NCBI GenBank assembly: GCA_963717935.1 | Contig: CAVQXP010000004.1 | Location: forward strand, 1,056,001 to 1,120,000 | Direction: 5' to 3' | Length of the DNA stretch: 64,000 nucleotides | From: Candidatus Eiseniibacteriota bacterium | Lineage (GTDB): Bacteria > Eisenbacteria > RBG-16-71-46 | Translations under genes and position numbers: made by a program | Notes under the pieces: generated by a model | Seen by the model: only the letters and a program-made list of their open reading frames with translations | What the model was told of the DNA's origin: nothing | Databases searched by the model: none | Part shown: positions 9,703 through 19,250 of the stretch, in pieces | Position numbering within the stretch: the stretch's first letter is position 1 | How the letters are laid out: every line of letters starts with the position of its first letter

Positions 9703-11268
9703 TCACGGGCGCATCCCCGCCACGGGGTCGCCGGTCTTCTTCACGAAGAGATGGACCGGCAGCTTGGTGAACCGCCACTCTCGCTCCAGGGTCATGCTGT
9801 CGCGGCAGACCCGCAAGAACCGGTCATCCCGGTCGATCCACCAACTCTGGCACTGAACGATCCAGACGCGCTGCTTGCCGCCGGTGTTCGCCCGGAGCCA
9901 GGCGCCTGCGGCCCGCTCGTCGGTGAAGGCGCTCTGGCCGGGCGCCATGAATTCCATCGAGTCCGGAACGTAGTATCTCAAGGGGTAGTCCAGGGCGTAC
10001 ACCACCACGGCGTCACCGGGGCTGGCCTCGCGCGTGAGCAGTCCTCCCGCCTCCCGGGCGTCTGGCCGCCAGTACTCGCGGTTCGTGAAGTACCGGTAAT
10101 CCGAATAGCCCGAGAAGAGCACGATGGCGGCCAGCACCAGCATCCGCGGCGTCCTCGTCTTGATCGAGCCCACCCCGATCGCGAGTAGGGTCAGGTACGG
10201 GGCGAGCGAGAGAAAGGCGTAGCGTGAGTTGGGGGCCTTCAGGTTCAGTACCGAGAGCCCCGCCATCAGGAGGATTGGCAGGGCGAGCCAGGGCAACAGC
10301 AGCGAACGGACGGGCGCCCCGGCCCTGCGGAATCCGTAAAGGGCGGTGAGCGCAAAGAGCGCCGCCGCGGGAACGAGATACCACAGGTGGGGAATCACGG
10401 CTCTGAGCCTGTGGAGCTTGAGCTCGTCGACGGAGGGCCCGAGGGTCAGTCCCAGGGAGAATTCATAGAGCGTGAACGGGATGCTGAGGACGCCCGGGGG
10501 GGACTCGCCCTTGGCTGCCGCCACGTTACTGCCGGCCTCCGGGACGCCCAGGTGGAGCGGCGCCGTCGTGGCCGCGCCCCGGATGATCCATGGCGACAGG
10601 ATGACCGCAGAGAGCAAGGCCAGGAGAAGGAACCGCCGCGCGGGATATCGCAGACGCCGGCCCACGGTCAACACGTAGATGCCGTCCAGGACGAGCAGGA
10701 AGAACCCCGAGAGATTCGCGAGGCAGGTCGCCACGAGCGTCAGGAGTGCCACGAGGAAGCTCCCGCGCGTGTGCCGTTCGATCTCGTTCAGGAACGCCGG
10801 GACGGCGAGGAGGCCCGTGACGAAGAGCAGTACGTAGTTCCTCGCTTCCTGGCTGTACCACAGGTAGAAGGGCGAACACGCCAGGATGACGAGGCCGATG
10901 ATCCCCACGGTCCGTCCGGCCAGCCGCAGCGTCATCCGGTAGAAGAGCAGGAGCCCGATCGAGCCGAGAAGCGCCGAGAGGATCCGAATCTGGGTCTCGG
11001 TGTGCCCGACGACGTGCATCCAGCCACGGAGGAGCACGAGATAGAGCGGGCCGTGTGCATTGAAGACGGCATCCGCGAGACTGGTGCCGGCTTCTCCCCG
11101 GGCGGTCGTGACGGAGTGGATCTCGTCATGCCAGAAGCTCTGTTGCCCCAGCGCGAGGAAGCGGACCGCGATGCCGACCGCGAGGATGCACAGAACGGCG
11201 AAGTCCCGGCGGCCCGGTTTCCAGGAACGCGGGGGATCGCCGTCCGGGGCGGGGGCCGCGGCATTCAC
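9703..11268 (-). CDS. GT39/PMT-like membrane glycosyltransferase
   Basis: GTG at 11268 overlaps the upstream TGA, with a GGAGG SD. QSFWHDE, HGPLY and YSQEARNY motifs. Confidence 0.8.
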   Translation of the reverse strand: MNAAAPAPDGDPPRSWKPGRRDFAVLCILAVGIAVRFLALGQQSFWHDEIHSVTTARGEAGTSLADAVFNAHGPLYLVLLRGWMHVVGHTETQIRILSALLGSIGLLLFYRMTLRLAGRTVGIIGLVILACSPFYLWYSQEARNYVLLFVTGLLAVPAFLNEIERHTRGSFLVALLTLVATCLANLSGFFLLVLDGIYVLTVGRRLRYPARRFLLLALLSAVILSPWIIRGAATTAPLHLGVPEAGSNVAAAKGESPPGVLSIPFTLYEFSLGLTLGPSVDELKLHRLRAVIPHLWYLVPAAALFALTALYGFRRAGAPVRSLLLPWLALPILLMAGLSVLNLKAPNSRYAFLSLAPYLTLLAIGVGSIKTRTPRMLVLAAIVLFSGYSDYRYFTNREYWRPDAREAGGLLTREASPGDAVVVYALDYPLRYYVPDSMEFMAPGQSAFTDERAAGAWLRANTGGKQRVWIVQCQSWWIDRDDRFLRVCRDSMTLEREWRFTKLPVHLFVKKTGDPVAGMRP

Positions 11269-12788
11269 TTGAGAACCTCCCCCGCGAGTCGGATCAACCG
11301 GGCCACGACCCGCGGTTGATTCGCGGCGATGATGGCGAGGGAGACCGGCCCCGAGTGGCTGATCATCCCCAGAGCATACTGAGCCATGAGGAGGAGATTC
11401 CAGCCCGCAAAGGCGATCGAGACCAGCGGAGCCGCGAGCCGTCCCATCATGACCCGCGCGTGTCCCGGGGAGCCCGGGCCGCTGCGCGCGCCCCAGCGCT
11501 CGAGGACCCGACGGGCGTCGGCGAAGAACACCGCGAGCCCCAGCGCGAGGAAGGGCGTCCCGCTCACGAGCCGGCGGAGTCCGAAGGATGAGCCGCCCCA
11601 CCAGTCCTCGACGATGCTGTTCGAGACGACCAGCAGGATCAGGGCTGCGAGCGATACGCCGGCGAGCTCGCGATTCCTGCGGAGCAGGCAGAACAGCCCG
11701 GCCACCGCCGGCACGGCCACCGGCGTCCACACGAAGAGCCCGTGCCTCGCGGAGACCAGCATCTTCCACGGCGCCCCGAAATCGAGGTGCACGAGGTCCG
11801 TGGGATGCCGGACCCAGGGGCGGCCATGGAAGTACTGCCAGACCGCCAGCTGTGGGGCCGCCACCAGGAGGAATCCGGCGAGCGCGGCTCCCGTGCAGGC
11901 GAGCAGATGCCGCACGCCGGATGGACCGGGTCGGGCTCCGCGCCGCGCGAACAGCCGGACCACCTCGACGCCGAACGCCGGCGCCGCCAGCACCACATCG
12001 TTCCAGCGGACCAGGAACAGGACCCCGGCCAGCAGGCCCCAGCGGAACCATGTCCCCGGCCGGTCGGCGTGGCGGGTCCGCCACCAGTACAGGAGGAACG
12101 CCGCCGAGGTGAACATCGTGAGCGGGTGGCCATAGCTGGCGGACAGGTACAGGTAGTAGACCACCGGCGTGGCCCAGCCGATGGTCAGCACCGACCACAG
12201 GGCCTCGCGCGGCGGGGCCGCGATGGAGGCGATGCGGAACGCCAGGAGGAGTCCGGCGATCCCGAAGGCGAAGGAACTCAGGATGATCGCGAAATAGTAC
12301 AGGCCGCCATAGCCGTCCGGCCTCACGGCGAGGCCTCCGGCCGCCGCCAGGAGCGTCAGGGCGTGTACGGCCGCGTACGCCGGAGCCCAGGCGATCGCCG
12401 GGCCGATGCTGAAGTAGGACGGGACCCGCCCGGTGAGCGGGTCGGGACGGGGCGAATGCCAGACGGAGTCGATGCCGACCCGATGTGAGCTCCGCCGCAG
12501 GAACTCGCCGGGCAGCCCCGAGGCGTCGGCCTCGATGTGGCTCGACAGGTACTCGAATTCATTCGACAGTTCCAGATCCCTGTCGACCACTGCCGAGCGG
12601 AGATAGACGGCGTACCCGATGCCGTCGCCATTGACCCAGAAGGTGAGGAGGAACGGCGCGGCGGCCAGGAAACAGAGGAGAATCACCCGTTCCGGGTGTC
12701 CCAGGAACCCGCTCAACCTCAAAGGTCGAGTCCTTCCAGCGTCTTCACTCAACCCCCACGCGAGTGGTCTCCGGCCGGGACTGTCCAC
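11265..12788 (-). CDS. GT-C fold membrane glycosyltransferase-like protein
   Basis: GDGIGYAVYLRSAVVDRDL, FSIGPA, LVRWND, HGLFVWTP, WWGGSSFGLRRL; multi-TM. Start is uncertain. Confidence 0.65.
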   Translation of the reverse strand: MDSPGRRPLAWGLSEDAGRTRPLRLSGFLGHPERVILLCFLAAAPFLLTFWVNGDGIGYAVYLRSAVVDRDLELSNEFEYLSSHIEADASGLPGEFLRRSSHRVGIDSVWHSPRPDPLTGRVPSYFSIGPAIAWAPAYAAVHALTLLAAAGGLAVRPDGYGGLYYFAIILSSFAFGIAGLLLAFRIASIAAPPREALWSVLTIGWATPVVYYLYLSASYGHPLTMFTSAAFLLYWWRTRHADRPGTWFRWGLLAGVLFLVRWNDVVLAAPAFGVEVVRLFARRGARPGPSGVRHLLACTGAALAGFLLVAAPQLAVWQYFHGRPWVRHPTDLVHLDFGAPWKMLVSARHGLFVWTPVAVPAVAGLFCLLRRNRELAGVSLAALILLVVSNSIVEDWWGGSSFGLRRLVSGTPFLALGLAVFFADARRVLERWGARSGPGSPGHARVMMGRLAAPLVSIAFAGWNLLLMAQYALGMISHSGPVSLAIIAANQPRVVARLIRLAGEVLK

Positions 12789-12904
12789 CGATCCAAGTCA
12801 AGGATAGGGGATTTGCCGGGGCGCGGCGAGTCCGGCGTGCTCTCGGAAGACGGGCCGGGGATCGTCTGCATGACCGCGGAGGTCAGCGGGGGCGTCATCC
12901 TGAA

Positions 12905-12935
12905 GCAGGGGGGCGCCGAACCGCGCCCCCCCTGC
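12905..12935 (-). terminator. GC-rich hairpin just downstream of the DUF4097 gene, probable terminator
   Basis: GCA-G6-CGC / CGAACC loop / GCG-C7-TGC, about 18 nt past the stop at 12953. The U-tail is weak. Confidence 0.55.
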
Positions 12936-12952
12936 GCCCTGCGCTCGGATCC

Positions 12953-14095
12953 CTACCGCCGGTGGAGACTCACGCCGCCGGAGCCGGTATCCACCCGGAT
13001 GCGGCCCTGACCGTCGCCGATCGTGCCGCGGACGTAGCCGTGGTCCTTCCTCGCGATGGTCATGGCGTAATCGGTCTCGATGTGACCGCTGCCGGTCTCG
13101 AGCTCGACCTGGGCGCCGAGGTCGGCGGGCCCCAGGATGGTCACGCCGCCCGATCCGGTGTCGACGATCAGTGAGCGCGGCGCGCTCAGGAGCCCCACGC
13201 GGACGCCACCGCTGCCGGTGTCGATGCTGATCCTGCCGGAGCGCACGCCTTCGAGCCGCACGCTGCCCGAGCCCGTATCCACGAGCAGATCCTCGGCCTC
13301 GACGTCGCGGCCCGTGACTCCGCCCGAACCGGTGTCCACCTTCAGCCGGCTGCCGCGCAGGTCCGAGAGCTCGACGCCGCCCGAGCCCGTGTCCACGGAG
13401 ATCTCCCCCCGGTTCCCGCGCAGCACCACGCTCCCCGAACCGGTGTCCACGATGAGCGAGCCGGTCGTGCGCTCGGCCTCGACCGAGGCTGCCGCCACGT
13501 CGAGGGTCAGGTCTCCATCCACGCCCAGCGCCGAGACCTCGCCGACGCCCAGGTGCAGCGTGGTCTGGTGCCCGCGCGGCAGTCTCACCTCGAGATCGGC
13601 CCAGGCCTGGATCCCGGTCCCGGTGCCCGTGATCGTGACGCGGCGATTGCCGAGGACGAACCCGTGGCCCTGCGGGAAGCAGCCGTTCTCGGTCACCGTG
13701 ATGGTGCTGCGCCCGAAGCCGCGCAGCCGCGGATAGACCACCTGGCGGCCCGGGAAGATGACGCGCAGCCTCGACGTGCCGCCGTGCTCGTCCTGCTCGA
13801 CGCGCAGGCGGTCGGCATCGCGGCCGCCGCGGGTCACGAGGACCTCGGCGCGCGTGCCATTGCCCTGGACGATGCGCACCGCGCCCACGAGGTCGCAGAT
13901 CTCGATACGCTGGCCGGGCAGCTCGAAGCGCTCGGCGGCCGGCTGGGCGCAGGCCGTCATCGCGAGGAACGAGGCGTTGGCGAGGAGGGCGAGGAGGGCG
14001 ATCGTCAACGTGCTCGCGATGGCGAACACGAGGGTCAGGGCGCTGCGGCCTGCGTCACGCTGGCGCAGGGGCAGGGTCAAGGCGGAGGGTCTCAT
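12953..14095 (-). CDS. exported DUF4097-family beta-strand repeat (adhesin-like) protein
   Basis: ATG at 14095 with an AAGGAG SD. N-terminal hydrophobic segment, seven DTGSG repeats and one ETGSG repeat. Confidence 0.85.
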   Translation of the reverse strand: MRPSALTLPLRQRDAGRSALTLVFAIASTLTIALLALLANASFLAMTACAQPAAERFELPGQRIEICDLVGAVRIVQGNGTRAEVLVTRGGRDADRLRVEQDEHGGTSRLRVIFPGRQVVYPRLRGFGRSTITVTENGCFPQGHGFVLGNRRVTITGTGTGIQAWADLEVRLPRGHQTTLHLGVGEVSALGVDGDLTLDVAAASVEAERTTGSLIVDTGSGSVVLRGNRGEISVDTGSGGVELSDLRGSRLKVDTGSGGVTGRDVEAEDLLVDTGSGSVRLEGVRSGRISIDTGSGGVRVGLLSAPRSLIVDTGSGGVTILGPADLGAQVELETGSGHIETDYAMTIARKDHGYVRGTIGDGQGRIRVDTGSGGVSLHRR

Positions 14096-14150
14096 GGGCG
14101 GCTCCTTCTGGGTCGGGCGGGGCACGAATGTCGGCCCGGCTACTGGTGGA

Positions 14151-14176
14151 TACGCAGTGGGGGTGCGGATGGTTTC
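14151..14176 (-). promoter_or_regulatory. ECF sigma promoter (proximal) for the DUF4097 gene
   Basis: Minus strand GAAACC-N16-CGTA, matching the generic ECF AAC/CGT pattern. Confidence 0.7.
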
Positions 14177-14194
14177 GGGGCTTCCTCCGCCTCT

Positions 14195-14220
14195 GACACC
14201 GCCGGGGGAGGAATGGTTGG
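14195..14220 (-). promoter_or_regulatory. ECF sigma promoter (distal, tandem) for the DUF4097 gene
   Basis: Minus strand CCAACC-N16-TGTC. Confidence 0.55.
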
Positions 14221-14344
14221 GAGCCGGGCGTTGCGGCAGCCGGGCAACCTGCGGCCAGCGGCGGCCGTAGAGTGGGGGTAGGGTGCCGGGCCGGGCCGGG
14301 CTCAGCCCTGTCCTTCGGTCTCCTTCGCTTGGCCGTCCCGCCTT

Positions 14345-14370
14345 CCAACCTTCTGCCCGACCGGGCCGTC
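14345..14370 (+). promoter_or_regulatory. ECF sigma autoregulatory promoter
   Basis: CCAACC-N16-CGTC immediately upstream of the sigma gene. Confidence 0.72.
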
Positions 14371-14377
14371 GAAGAGG

Positions 14378-14959
14378 TTGCATGGAGCGTCGCCCCGGGT
14401 GACCAGTGCCAGCGGAACGCCAGAGGTGGCCCCGGTGGCCGCCGATTTCCAAGACGCCGCACTGGCCGCGGCCGGGGACACCCGTGCGTTCGAGCGGCTC
14501 TACCGCGCCCACGTGGCGCGCATCCACGGCCTCGTCCGGCGGATGCTGGGTCCGGATGAAGCGACGGAGGTCACACAGGACGTGTTCGTGAGAGCCTGGC
14601 AGAAGATCGGGAGCTTCCGGGGCGAGGCTGCCTTCGGGACCTGGCTCCATCGGGTGGCGGTGAACGTGGTCCTCACGCGCCGGGCTCAACTCGGCACGCG
14701 CCGCAGCCGCTTCATCGCCGAGGAGCAGGTACTGGAGAACCTGCCCGCCCGCCCGGGGTCGCGCGACTTCAGCCTCGATTTCGAGAGCGCCGTGGCCCGC
14801 CTGCCCGAGGGGGCGCGGCACATCTTCGTCCTGCATGACGTCGAGGGCTACCGCCACGAGGAGATCGCCGGGTTGCTCGGCGTCACCTCGGGCACGACCA
14901 AGGCCCAGCTCCACCGCGCGCGCATGCTGCTGCGCGGACACCTGGGGGCGGAGCGATGA
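14378..14959 (+). CDS. ECF RNA polymerase sigma factor
   Basis: AFERLYR, QDVFVRAWQKIGSFRG, FGTWLHRVAVN; region 4 LPEGAR...HEEIAGLLG...KAQLHRAR. The start (TTG 14378 or GTG 14399) is uncertain. Confidence 0.93.
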   Translation: MHGASPRVTSASGTPEVAPVAADFQDAALAAAGDTRAFERLYRAHVARIHGLVRRMLGPDEATEVTQDVFVRAWQKIGSFRGEAAFGTWLHRVAVNVVLTRRAQLGTRRSRFIAEEQVLENLPARPGSRDFSLDFESAVARLPEGARHIFVLHDVEGYRHEEIAGLLGVTSGTTKAQLHRARMLLRGHLGAER

Positions 14960-15687
14960 ACCCGAACCGGGACGCCTGGACCGACCGCCTGTCGGAGTAC
15001 GTGGACGGCGAGCTGGACCCCGCCGAGCGCGCGGCGCTCGATGTGCACCTGCAACTCTGCGAGGGGTGCGCCGGCACGGTCGAGGAGCTGCGTGCGGTCG
15101 TCCAGCGCGCGGGAGCCCTCGAGGCGAGCGCGCCCGAGACGGACCTGTGGCCCGGCATCGAGGCGCGGATCGCCGCCCCGCGGAAGGCGCGCGTGCTCGA
15201 CCTGGGGGGCTGGCGCGCGTGGGGGACGCCCCGCGTGCCGGGGCCCGGCGCGTGGCAACCGCGCCGCTGGAGCTTCACGCTCCCCCAGTTGGCCGCCGCG
15301 GCCGTGCTGCTCGTCATGCTCTCGAGCGTGACCATGTGGACCGTGCTCTCGCGCCGGCCCGCCGCCGGCCCGCCTCTGCCCGGCCCGTCGGCCGCGACTC
15401 CGGCCGCCACCATCGTCCAACCGGCGGGGTTCGAGGCCGCCCGCTATGACGCGGCCATCGCCGACCTCGAGCGCGTGCTGCGCGAGCACCGCAGCGAGCT
15501 GGACCCGGCGACGGTCCGCGTCATCGAGCAGAACCTGCTCATCATCGACCAGGCGACCGCACAGGCGCGCGAGGCCCTGGCCACCGACCCGGCGAACCCG
15601 TACCTGAACGGGCACCTCGCCGCGCAGCTCATGCGCAAGATGACCCTGCTGCGGCAGGCGACAGCCATCGCCGCCGTCCACGGCTAG
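14956..15687 (+). CDS. zf-HC2 (ZAS) transmembrane anti-sigma factor
   Basis: LSEYVDGEL...HLQLCEGC (HxxxCxxC) and a single TM. ATGA overlap with the sigma gene. Confidence 0.88.
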   Translation: MNPNRDAWTDRLSEYVDGELDPAERAALDVHLQLCEGCAGTVEELRAVVQRAGALEASAPETDLWPGIEARIAAPRKARVLDLGGWRAWGTPRVPGPGAWQPRRWSFTLPQLAAAAVLLVMLSSVTMWTVLSRRPAAGPPLPGPSAATPAATIVQPAGFEAARYDAAIADLERVLREHRSELDPATVRVIEQNLLIIDQATAQAREALATDPANPYLNGHLAAQLMRKMTLLRQATAIAAVHG

Positions 15688-15698
15688 GAGAGGAAACG

Positions 15699-16766
15699 AT
15701 GATCCTTCGATTCGCACTGATCGCATTGCTCGTCTCGAGCGCCGGGGCCCATGCCGGCGAGGGAGACGTTCCCAGCGTTCCCAGGGCGTCGCGGGCCCCG
15801 TCCGTCCGTCCGGTGCCTCCGGTCCGGCTCCACGTCCATGAAGCGGGGGAGGAGGACGAACCGGGGAGCACCGACACCACGCTGTCCGTGCCCGTGCGGT
15901 CCCGTCTCACGCTGGAGAATTTCAGCGGTGACATCGTGGTCTCCGGCTGGGACCGGAACACGATGCGCATCCAGGCCGAGCACAAGCCCCGCACCCGGAT
16001 CAAGGTGGACGTTCGTCCGGCCACGGTCGTCGTGCGTTCGGTCACGCGCCTGCGCTTGCCCGACCTCGGCGGTCCCCGCCACGTGCGGGTCGAGGAGCTC
16101 AAGGAACTCGAGATCCCCGCCGAAGTGGACTACCGGCTGACGGTGCCGCGCTGGATGAGTCTCGGGCTCTCCGGGGTCAACTCGTCGATCTCCGTCGAGG
16201 GGGTGGAGGGTGATGTGACCGCCGAGGTCATCAACGGGTCGGTGGTGGTCCGGGGCGGACGCGGGAGCATCCGGGTGAGTTCCATGAATGGTGGGGTGGA
16301 TGCCATCGGCGCGCGCGGGTCGGTCGAGGCCTCGTCGGTGAGCGGAGGCGTCACCCTGCGGAACGTGGAAGGCCGCGTGCGGGCCGAATCCGTCAACGGA
16401 GACGTGGAGTTGCTCGGAATCGTCTCCGAAGCGGTCGAGGCCAGCACCGTGAGCGGAGACGTGCACTACGAGGGCGCCCTCCGTGCGGGCGGCTCCTACC
16501 GCTTCGAGAGCCACAGCGGCGACGTGACCGTGGCCCTGCCGGAGCGCCCGGACGTGACGGTCTCGGTGGACACCTACAGCGGGGAGTTCGCATCGAGCTT
16601 CCCGGTGCAGGTGAGCGGCTTGAAGCGCGGCAAGCAGTTCGATTTCACCCTGGGGGACGGCCGTGCCGAGCTGAGCATGGAGTCCTTCTCCGGCATGATC
16701 CGCCTGACGCGTGCGGGCGCTGCGGACGGGCGCGTCCGCGTGACCGGGACCCCGAAGGCCAAGTGA
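15699..16766 (+). CDS. exported DUF4097-family beta-strand repeat protein
   Basis: Signal peptide followed by repeated S/N-G-D/S-V beta-repeat units (INGSV, VSGGV, VNGDV, VSGDV, HSGDV). Confidence 0.82.
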   Translation: MILRFALIALLVSSAGAHAGEGDVPSVPRASRAPSVRPVPPVRLHVHEAGEEDEPGSTDTTLSVPVRSRLTLENFSGDIVVSGWDRNTMRIQAEHKPRTRIKVDVRPATVVVRSVTRLRLPDLGGPRHVRVEELKELEIPAEVDYRLTVPRWMSLGLSGVNSSISVEGVEGDVTAEVINGSVVVRGGRGSIRVSSMNGGVDAIGARGSVEASSVSGGVTLRNVEGRVRAESVNGDVELLGIVSEAVEASTVSGDVHYEGALRAGGSYRFESHSGDVTVALPERPDVTVSVDTYSGEFASSFPVQVSGLKRGKQFDFTLGDGRAELSMESFSGMIRLTRAGAADGRVRVTGTPKAK

Positions 16767-16785
16767 GGACGACAGGAGACCCATC

Positions 16786-17670
16786 ATGAAGACCCGGTGC
16801 TGCAGCCTCGTGATCCCCTCTCTTCGCAGGTCCTCCGGAGCGCTCGCGGTCGTGGCCGCAATGACGGTGGGGTTCGCCGTGGGCGACGCGCTGGCCGCAC
16901 CGCAGATGGTGGCGGCCACGATCGCGGGCCACTCCGGGCGCGGGAGCCTGGACTACGACTGGTCCTGGCGACTGGCGCCGGGCCAGACCCTCGAGATCGA
17001 GGGCGTGAACGGGGCGATCCGCGCGACCGGAGCCGCAGGGAAGGACGTCGTGGTGCACGCCGTGAAGCGCGCCCGGCGCAGCGACCCCGACCGGGTCGCG
17101 ATCGAGGTGATCGAGCACGCCGATGGCGTCACGCTGTGCGTGCGCTATCCCGACGCGCGGGGCAGCCGGGCCAACACCTGCGCGCCGCACGGCCGCAGTC
17201 ACATGAACACGCGCAACAACGACGTGATCGTGGACTTCGACGTGCAGGTCCCGCGGGGCGTGCGCCTTGCCGCGCGCACGGTGAACGGCGAGGTGGAGAT
17301 CCGCGGTCTCGATGCCGACGCCGAGGCGCACACCGTGAATGGCTCGGTGACGCTCGAGACGCGGGGCCGTGCCGAGGCGACGACGGTGAACGGCTCGGTC
17401 CGCGCCCGGCTGAGCTCGATGGGCGTGAAGGAGTCGCTGGCCTTCAAGACCGTGAACGGCAGCATCACGCTGGAGTTGCCGGATGACGCCAGCGCCGACG
17501 TCACGGCCAAGAACGTGAATGGCGGGATCGAGACCGATTTCCCGATCACGATCAGGCGGGCTGGCTTCATGGGCCACGAGTTGCGCGGCACGATCGGGCG
17601 GGGTGGACCGCCGCTCGACCTCTCCACGGTGAACGGCAGCATCCACCTCCGGAAGGCGCGCGGCATCTAG
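16786..17670 (+). CDS. exported DUF4097-family beta-strand repeat protein
   Basis: AGGAG SD, N-terminal hydrophobic segment and repeated TVNG(S/E) units. Confidence 0.82.
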   Translation: MKTRCCSLVIPSLRRSSGALAVVAAMTVGFAVGDALAAPQMVAATIAGHSGRGSLDYDWSWRLAPGQTLEIEGVNGAIRATGAAGKDVVVHAVKRARRSDPDRVAIEVIEHADGVTLCVRYPDARGSRANTCAPHGRSHMNTRNNDVIVDFDVQVPRGVRLAARTVNGEVEIRGLDADAEAHTVNGSVTLETRGRAEATTVNGSVRARLSSMGVKESLAFKTVNGSITLELPDDASADVTAKNVNGGIETDFPITIRRAGFMGHELRGTIGRGGPPLDLSTVNGSIHLRKARGI

Positions 17671-17694
17671 TCGCGATCCCGTTCGCGCCGCCGC

Positions 17695-19176
17695 TCACTC
17701 GCCCCGGTAGCCGCCCTCCGCGATCTTCCACGCGGTCCGGTAGACGAGCCGCGTGAGCGCCTCGTGGAGCCGCGGGTTGAGCGTCCCCGGCGTGTCGCCC
17801 GGCTGGTGGAGATGGGTGTAGGAGAAGCGCGAGGCGAAGTAGAGGGTGGGGACCCCCTTCTCGGCGAAGGGCGTCGCGTCTGCGCCGCCGCCACCCCAGG
17901 TCTCCTCGACGGAGAGTCGCGCCCCGCGTGCGTCGAGGTCGCGCGCGAGCCGCCAGAGCTTCGGCGAGGTCTCGCCGCTCCCCAGCTGGATCGAGTCGCC
18001 GACGGCGATGCAGTCGAGGTTCAGGTAGGCGACGATCCTCCCGAGCGGCACGGGCGGACGCTCGACGAAGCGCCTCGCGCCCTGCAGCCCGGACTCCTCG
18101 GACGAGAGGAGCACGAAGACGATGGAGCGTCCGGGCCGCGCTCCGGCGCGCGCGAACGCCTGCGCGACCGCCATCACGGCCGCCACGCCCGAGGCGTTGT
18201 CGTTGGCCCCGGGGAAATAGATGTCGCCCTGGTTGCCGACGTGGTCGAGGTGCGCGCCGATCACGAGGCACTCGTCGCGAAGCGCGGGGTCGGAGCCTTC
18301 GAGGATGCCGGCCACGTTCACCGAGGGCTGTCTCGCGCGGTAGCGGGCCTTCACGTCCACGCGGACCTGGATGCCGAACTCGCGCGACTGCGGCTGCCGG
18401 GTCGAGTCGATCACGGCCTTCAGGTCCGCGAGCCGCAGTCCCGCGGCGGCCAGCATCTCCTGCGCGACGGGGACGTCCACCATCAGCCGCGGGAAGCTCT
18501 CATCCTGGGGCCCCGGACCCTCGAGCACGCTGCCGATGGGCATCGTCAGCCCCTCCGGGTCGGCCGACGCCACGAGGAGCAACCCCCGCGCGCCGTGCTC
18601 CGCCGCGACCCGTCCCCTGGGCCGCGGCATGATGCTGTCGCCCCAGCCGAGCGAGTCGATCTGGAAGGGCGGTGGCACCTTGAACGCGAGCACGACTTTG
18701 CCGCGCGCGTCGATCCCGGCGTAGTCGTCATAGCCCCGCTCGGGCGCCGAGATGCCGTAGCCCGCGAACGCGACCGGTGCGGTGAAGTCGCCCGAGCCCG
18801 TCAGGCCGCGGGCGACGAAGTCCGGGCCCAGCCTCAGGTCCCGCATCGATCCGTCGGGCCGCGCCAGCGCGAGCCGGCAGCGCCCGATCTCCTCGTATTC
18901 GACCTCGAGCGGCTGGAAATAGCCGTCGTCGCCCGCGGGTCTCAAGCCCAGCCGGCGGAAACGCCCGGCCATCTCGCGGGCCGCCGCCATGTAGCCCGGG
19001 CTCCCGGCCAGCCGGCCTGCGAGGCGCGGGGAGGCCAGGTACTCGACGGTCTTCACGAGGTCGGCCGCGCGGATGGTCTCGAGGCCGGGGAACTCCACCG
19101 CGACGGGCTCGGCCGGCCGCGCCACGGACGCGGTCAGCGCCATCGAACATGCGGCGGCGAGGAAGATGTGGCGCAT
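17695..19176 (-). CDS. secreted M28-family metallopeptidase with PA domain
   Basis: ATG at 19176 with a GGAGG SD and a signal peptide. GYGI...YDDYAGID (PA domain), IGAHLDH, GANDNASG, SEESGL, NLDCI, HQPGD. Confidence 0.9.
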   Translation of the reverse strand: MRHIFLAAACSMALTASVARPAEPVAVEFPGLETIRAADLVKTVEYLASPRLAGRLAGSPGYMAAAREMAGRFRRLGLRPAGDDGYFQPLEVEYEEIGRCRLALARPDGSMRDLRLGPDFVARGLTGSGDFTAPVAFAGYGISAPERGYDDYAGIDARGKVVLAFKVPPPFQIDSLGWGDSIMPRPRGRVAAEHGARGLLLVASADPEGLTMPIGSVLEGPGPQDESFPRLMVDVPVAQEMLAAAGLRLADLKAVIDSTRQPQSREFGIQVRVDVKARYRARQPSVNVAGILEGSDPALRDECLVIGAHLDHVGNQGDIYFPGANDNASGVAAVMAVAQAFARAGARPGRSIVFVLLSSEESGLQGARRFVERPPVPLGRIVAYLNLDCIAVGDSIQLGSGETSPKLWRLARDLDARGARLSVEETWGGGGADATPFAEKGVPTLYFASRFSYTHLHQPGDTPGTLNPRLHEALTRLVYRTAWKIAEGGYRGE

Positions 19177-19227
19177 GCGGGACCTCCGGGCATTCACAGG
19201 CCGGCGACTCCCGGCCGAGGGACCCCA

Positions 19228-19236
19228 TGCTACCAT
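19228..19236 (+). promoter_or_regulatory. putative extended -10 promoter element
   Basis: TGCTACCAT (TGnTAnnnT) just upstream of the structured region. No clear -35. Confidence 0.45.
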
Positions 19237-19250
19237 TCCTGAGGGAGAGA

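Noticed and set aside
12960..13460. Repeated ~15-nt DNA motif resembling a CRISPR or tandem array
   Set aside because: It is explained by the DTGSG protein repeats, with synonymous variation. No cas genes are present.
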